Source: a virus (taxonomy: Duplodnaviria; Heunggongvirae; Uroviricota; Caudoviricetes). Taken from it: a stretch of DNA of 17,913 bases. Position 1 is the stretch's first letter. Each line of letters starts with the position of its first letter. The translations under genes were made by a program, and so were the position numbers. The notes beneath the pieces are model-generated. The model was not told the DNA's origin, made no database searches, and saw nothing but the letters and a program-made list of their open reading frames with translations. Where the stretch lies: IMG/VR virus record IMGVR_UViG_3300050821_002507; one strand, 5' to 3'. Shown here piece by piece: positions 14,807 to 17,913 of this stretch.

Positions 14807-15141
14807 CGTCGCACCCGCTCAAACTCATCCAGCCACTTCGCCGCGACCGTGGCAAGCGTCTTGTCGAGCGACTCAATCCCGTCTGCGATCCGCTTGATGT
14901 CGGCGGCAACCTGCGAATCAATCGTGTGCGTGGCAAGTCTGAGGTCGGTCGGCGCATCGGCTGTGTGCTTGGCAAACTCTGCCAGCTTCTCCGCGCGCAT
15001 CCGCGTTGCCTCGGCCAGTAGCTTTGCGTCGGTGCCGTGGTCGAGGTGCTTTGATTCGGGGTGCTTTCGTGGATCGGTGGCCTTGGGTGCCTCAACTGTC
15101 TCGGCCGTAGTCGTATCAGGCATGGATTGATTCCCTGTCAT
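14803..15141 (-). CDS. Hypothetical helical protein (112 aa)
   Basis: ATGA-coupled; Ala/Asp/Thr-rich with a coiled C-terminus. ATG 15123 is an alternative start. Confidence 0.75.
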   Translation of the reverse strand: MTGNQSMPDTTTAETVEAPKATDPRKHPESKHLDHGTDAKLLAEATRMRAEKLAEFAKHTADAPTDLRLATHTIDSQVAADIKRIADGIESLDKTLATVAAKWLDEFERVRR

Positions 15142-15338
15142 GTGGTGGTCTGTGTCGAGGGGGGCGGCTGAATCTCGCGGTCGGCAAAGTCCCGTAGCGC
15201 CATGCTGGTGGAGATTAGCGTCTCGAATGCGGTGTCACTGTCTAGCGCGTCAAAGGCCGTCCTAGCGTCACGCCATGCCCTCACAAGCCGTTCTAATTCG
15301 TAGAGCCGATCCGACTCCTCAACGCTTATGAGCGGCAT
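15138..15338 (-). CDS. Hypothetical protein (66 aa, MPLISVEESDRLYELERL...)
   Basis: Start moved downstream from the track start because the upstream part runs through a terminator; ATG 15353 is an alternative. Confidence 0.6.
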   Translation of the reverse strand: MPLISVEESDRLYELERLVRAWRDARTAFDALDSDTAFETLISTSMALRDFADREIQPPPSTQTTT

Positions 15339-15366
15339 TGCAGCTAATCCCATTTCATCGGCGCAT

Positions 15367-15395
15367 CTTGTAGCACGAGGGCAGAGCGGAGTCCA
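15367..15395 (-). promoter_or_regulatory. Putative promoter for the leftward genes
   Basis: Minus strand TGGACT-N17-TACAAG, with a TG extension before the -10. Confidence 0.4.
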
Positions 15396-15420
15396 GTTGA
15401 CTCGCCTAATTGCTGGCTGT

Positions 15421-15460
15421 AAAAAGAAATGGCCGGCTCGTGATGGTCTCACGGCCGGCC
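15421..15460 (-). terminator. Rho-independent terminator
   Basis: Stem GGCCGGC/GCCGGCC plus CGTGA/TCACG, followed on the minus strand by ATTTCTTTTT. Confidence 0.7.
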
Positions 15461-15502
15461 CGATCCGCAGCGGCTTTTGAAGAGGGTTGTCTGCGAACCA
15501 CG

Positions 15503-15546
15503 ATATCAAGATATAAACATTTACTTATATCTAGATATGGTGTCAA
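15503..15546 (-). promoter_or_regulatory. Twin 12-bp palindromes (operator pair) downstream of a TTGACA -35 box
   Basis: ATATCAAGATAT (15503-15514) and ATATCTAGATAT (15527-15538), centres 24 bp apart; minus-strand TTGACA at 15546-15541. Confidence 0.6.
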
Positions 15547-15962
15547 GGTCGAAAAACCCTCAGCCCGGACTTTTTTTGTCCGATCGAGCCAAGCCATCCC
15601 CGCAGACCCGGTGCCGCGCGCCAGCGGTGCATAAGCGCGCGGGCCGTGGGGATAGCCCGAACAAAACAATTCCAGGCTCCGTCGCCCCCTGACGCCCTGG
15701 GCCTACAAACCGAGCACCCCTCGGGAACGGTTGTTGGCATGATGGCCCGCTAGTTGACGGCCATTATGGGCGGGAGCCGAAAAAGTCCCGCTGCACTAGT
15801 CCGGCTTGCCGGTAAAAGGCACTGAGTATGCGGGCACACAATTTGTGCCTCCCCCTCACTAGGGGCCATAGATGGTCTAACCACCATTTGTGGGCAGAAA
15901 AGGGGGAACTATGGCTATATATAGTAGGCCAAAGAAAAGTGGCACAATCTGCGACATTTCTC

Positions 15963-15980
15963 TTGCATCGTACCGTGCAA
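15963..15980. promoter_or_regulatory. Palindrome TTGCA-tc-GTAC-cg-TGCAA upstream of the rightward operon
   Basis: 14 of 18 positions symmetric; lies 45 nt before ATG 16026. Confidence 0.45.
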
Positions 15981-16025
15981 TATGCTCTATGGGAGAAGTT
16001 AGAACCAACTGCGAGGAATACAGCC

Positions 16026-16442
16026 ATGAAGCACGATAGCATTTACCACCTTGCCGCCGCTGGCATTAAAATCGAGGACGCGGTGGCGCTCCGCCGAATC
16101 TCCATGACCTTGCACCGCTGGCACGAGTTGGAGTGCGGCGACGGCAATAACTACGGTTCATGGGCAATCGAGCGCGACGACGAATCCGAAAAGCCGTACA
16201 TGGTTCACCACCACTACAGGCACGGCCAAGGCCAAGACTCGGTTTCGCGCACGGCCATCCCCGATCGGGAAATGGGCGCACGCAAGCGGCTCGGCAAAAT
16301 CATGGCCGGCTATCCGGGCTTTGCTGCTTACGTCCAGACGGACCCGCGCGGGTGCGCGCTCTATGTTCTGCGTCCCGGCGACGTGCCGGCCGATGCCGCC
16401 ATCGACTCTTGCTACAATCGCGGTATTGCGGTGTACAAATGA
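16026..16442 (+). CDS. Hypothetical phage protein (138 aa; ELECG and QTDPRG motifs)
   Basis: GAGGA RBS before ATG 16026; the track's upstream extension is unlikely to be coding. Confidence 0.8.
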   Translation: MKHDSIYHLAAAGIKIEDAVALRRISMTLHRWHELECGDGNNYGSWAIERDDESEKPYMVHHHYRHGQGQDSVSRTAIPDREMGARKRLGKIMAGYPGFAAYVQTDPRGCALYVLRPGDVPADAAIDSCYNRGIAVYK

Positions 16443-16633
16443 GCGAGAATACGCTCCGATATTGGTGCGAACACGCTCTCGCTGCAGACCAAAAGACCAT
16501 CGCAGAGCGCAAATGGTCCGCGCCGGTCAAAGCGCCCAAGCCGCAAAAGCCTTGCGACATTGGACTCTTTAGCGATGACGCGAATCAACTCGACTTGTGC
16601 GAAATGTTCCAACTGCCAACAAATGAGGCGTGA
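16439..16633 (+). CDS. Hypothetical protein (64 aa, MSENTLRYWCEH...)
   Basis: ATGA overlap with the upstream stop. Confidence 0.6.
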   Translation: MSENTLRYWCEHALAADQKTIAERKWSAPVKAPKPQKPCDIGLFSDDANQLDLCEMFQLPTNEA

Positions 16634-16634
16634 T

Positions 16635-16769
16635 ATGGCAAAGACTGTAGGCGGGTCATATAAAGGTGGAAGCTGCACCGAGGTTGATAGCATCGCTCGG
16701 ACGTGCGACCGCGAAACCGCAATCCGCCGACTAGACTTCAACAACCAACCTGCGAGGATACGAATATGA
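16635..16769 (+). CDS. Possible small ORF (44 aa, MAKTVGGSYKGG...)
   Basis: GAGG upstream; fills the gap and ends in an ATGA overlap with the next gene. Confidence 0.4.
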   Translation: MAKTVGGSYKGGSCTEVDSIARTCDRETAIRRLDFNNQPARIRI

Positions 16770-17242
16770 ATATCGAGCCAGTGTCACAAAACTACCTCTG
16801 CGGCGATTGTCCCGATTGCGGCAATCCAATTCCAGAGTCGGCCGTTCACGGTGATGCGTGCGACAACTGCGGCCATGTATTCCTTCATGCCGATTGCATC
16901 TGCCTGGACGGGCATTTCGATGCCAAGTGTCCCGTTCACATGGCGGGCGGCAACGCGGCGATACCCCACCCGAACACGGACGAATGCACGGCGGCGTGCA
17001 ATAACGCGGTGCCCGATATGGACCGGCCATATTGTGAGATTTGCGGCGAGTCACACGCCACATGGAAAATGGAGGATGTTGGCGTCTGTGATGATTGCTT
17101 TGCGGATGAGTGCCGCGAAGCTCTCTTCCCGGTGCTCGGCAAGCGCTGCTGCGCCGTCTACTGTCAGCCAGTCACAAAACAGCCCGCGATTTGCCTCGCT
17201 ATGTACGGTCAAGAGCACACACACGGCGAGGTCGTGCGATGA
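16766..17242 (+). CDS. Cys-rich multi-zinc-binding protein (158 aa)
   Basis: GAGGA RBS; 19 Cys by my count, including CPDCG, CDNCG, CEICG and CDDC. Confidence 0.75.
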   Translation: MNIEPVSQNYLCGDCPDCGNPIPESAVHGDACDNCGHVFLHADCICLDGHFDAKCPVHMAGGNAAIPHPNTDECTAACNNAVPDMDRPYCEICGESHATWKMEDVGVCDDCFADECREALFPVLGKRCCAVYCQPVTKQPAICLAMYGQEHTHGEVVR

Positions 17243-17913
17243 CGCGCTCACAGAAAATCGCCGCCGAGTTAACGCACTGTTTCAGGGCAAGGCATCCCCT
17301 CCTTTGGATAATTACGAGAGAGGAAGCCAGAGTCGAGCGCTACATTCACGAAGCTGCCGCAAATGCAGCCTACATTACCCGGTCATGGGACGTTGCCCAA
17401 GGCGTCACGGAGATCGGCGGTAAACCCCCTGCCAGGGCGATAGGCTCCAAGGATCCCGGCGAAATGCTCGACGCCATCATGGCGCGGGCAATGACCGAAA
17501 CCGGCCCGGAGCGCGCCGTCTGGATCATGCGAGACTTGCCGGCGTGGCTAGTGGGTCCGTCCGGCATTGTAACGCTTCGCCAGCTTCGCAATCTGGCGAG
17601 GGCGCTACCTGGGAGGCCACGGGATTCGGCGCAAGCGTTGGTCGTTATTAGCCCGTCTGGCGAGGTTCCGCCGGAACTGGCGTCTCATGCGACCGTCATC
17701 GAATGGCCATTGCCTGATCGGGAAGAGATTGCCGCCATACTTGATGCGGCTATCGGTGCTCTCCCCGAGGACATCAAGGCCAGTGCCGCCCCGAACGGGA
17801 CGCGGGACGCTGCTATTGACGCGGCAATCGGATTGAGCGGCGAAGAGGCGGCGGCGTGCTATGCCAAGTCGCTCGTGCAGCTTAGGCGGATCGATGTCGC
17901 CACGGTGGCAAAT
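17239..17913 (+). CDS. Ycf46-like AAA+ ATPase, N-terminal part (partial; absent from the ORF track)
   Basis: Translated by hand: MTRSQKIAAELTHCFRARHPLLWIITREEARVER...VWIMRDL...LRQLRNLAR...VVISPSGEVPPELASHATVIEWPLPDREEI...GLSGEEAAACYAKSLV. This matches the Ycf46 N-domain pattern; ATGA-coupled; the Walker A motif lies beyond the window. Confidence 0.8.
   Translation, partial: MTRSQKIAAELTHCFRARHPLLWIITREEARVERYIHEAAANAAYITRSWDVAQGVTEIGGKPPARAIGSKDPGEMLDAIMARAMTETGPERAVWIMRDLPAWLVGPSGIVTLRQLRNLARALPGRPRDSAQALVVISPSGEVPPELASHATVIEWPLPDREEIAAILDAAIGALPEDIKASAAPNGTRDAAIDAAIGLSGEEAAACYAKSLVQLRRIDVATVAN

Noticed and set aside
15495-15503. GTGGTTCG (minus strand) as a tRNA T-arm
   Set aside because: No cloverleaf, acceptor stem or CCA can be built around it.
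15828-16025. N-terminal extension of the 204-aa track ORF
   Set aside because: Runs through hairpins and promoter-like DNA; a strong RBS sits before ATG 16026.

Overview
The window is entirely phage or prophage DNA (tailed dsDNA phage); no host genes are visible. A GC-rich alphaproteobacterial host is my inference from the gene families. The minus strand carries a P22-like portal (52-2499), the large terminase (4301-5998) and a DUF2280 protein, the probable small terminase (13972-14514). These packaging genes are spaced apart by about 30 small accessory ORFs. The accessory ORFs include a KTSC-domain protein, a DUF2829/Tad2-like candidate anti-defence protein, a cold-shock-domain protein, HTH proteins and several zinc-binding proteins. 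A 1.9-kb IS1-family element (10038-11918) has 18-bp perfect terminal inverted repeats, a +1-frameshifted DDE transposase and passenger ORFs. It has no target duplication and interrupts a small zinc-finger gene. A structured non-coding control region (about 15360-16020) contains twin palindromes over a TTGACA promoter, a possible ~90-nt sRNA and a run of hairpins. A plus-strand operon follows it and ends in a Ycf46-like AAA ATPase cut by the window edge. All family calls come from my own motif recognition; no database searches were run.
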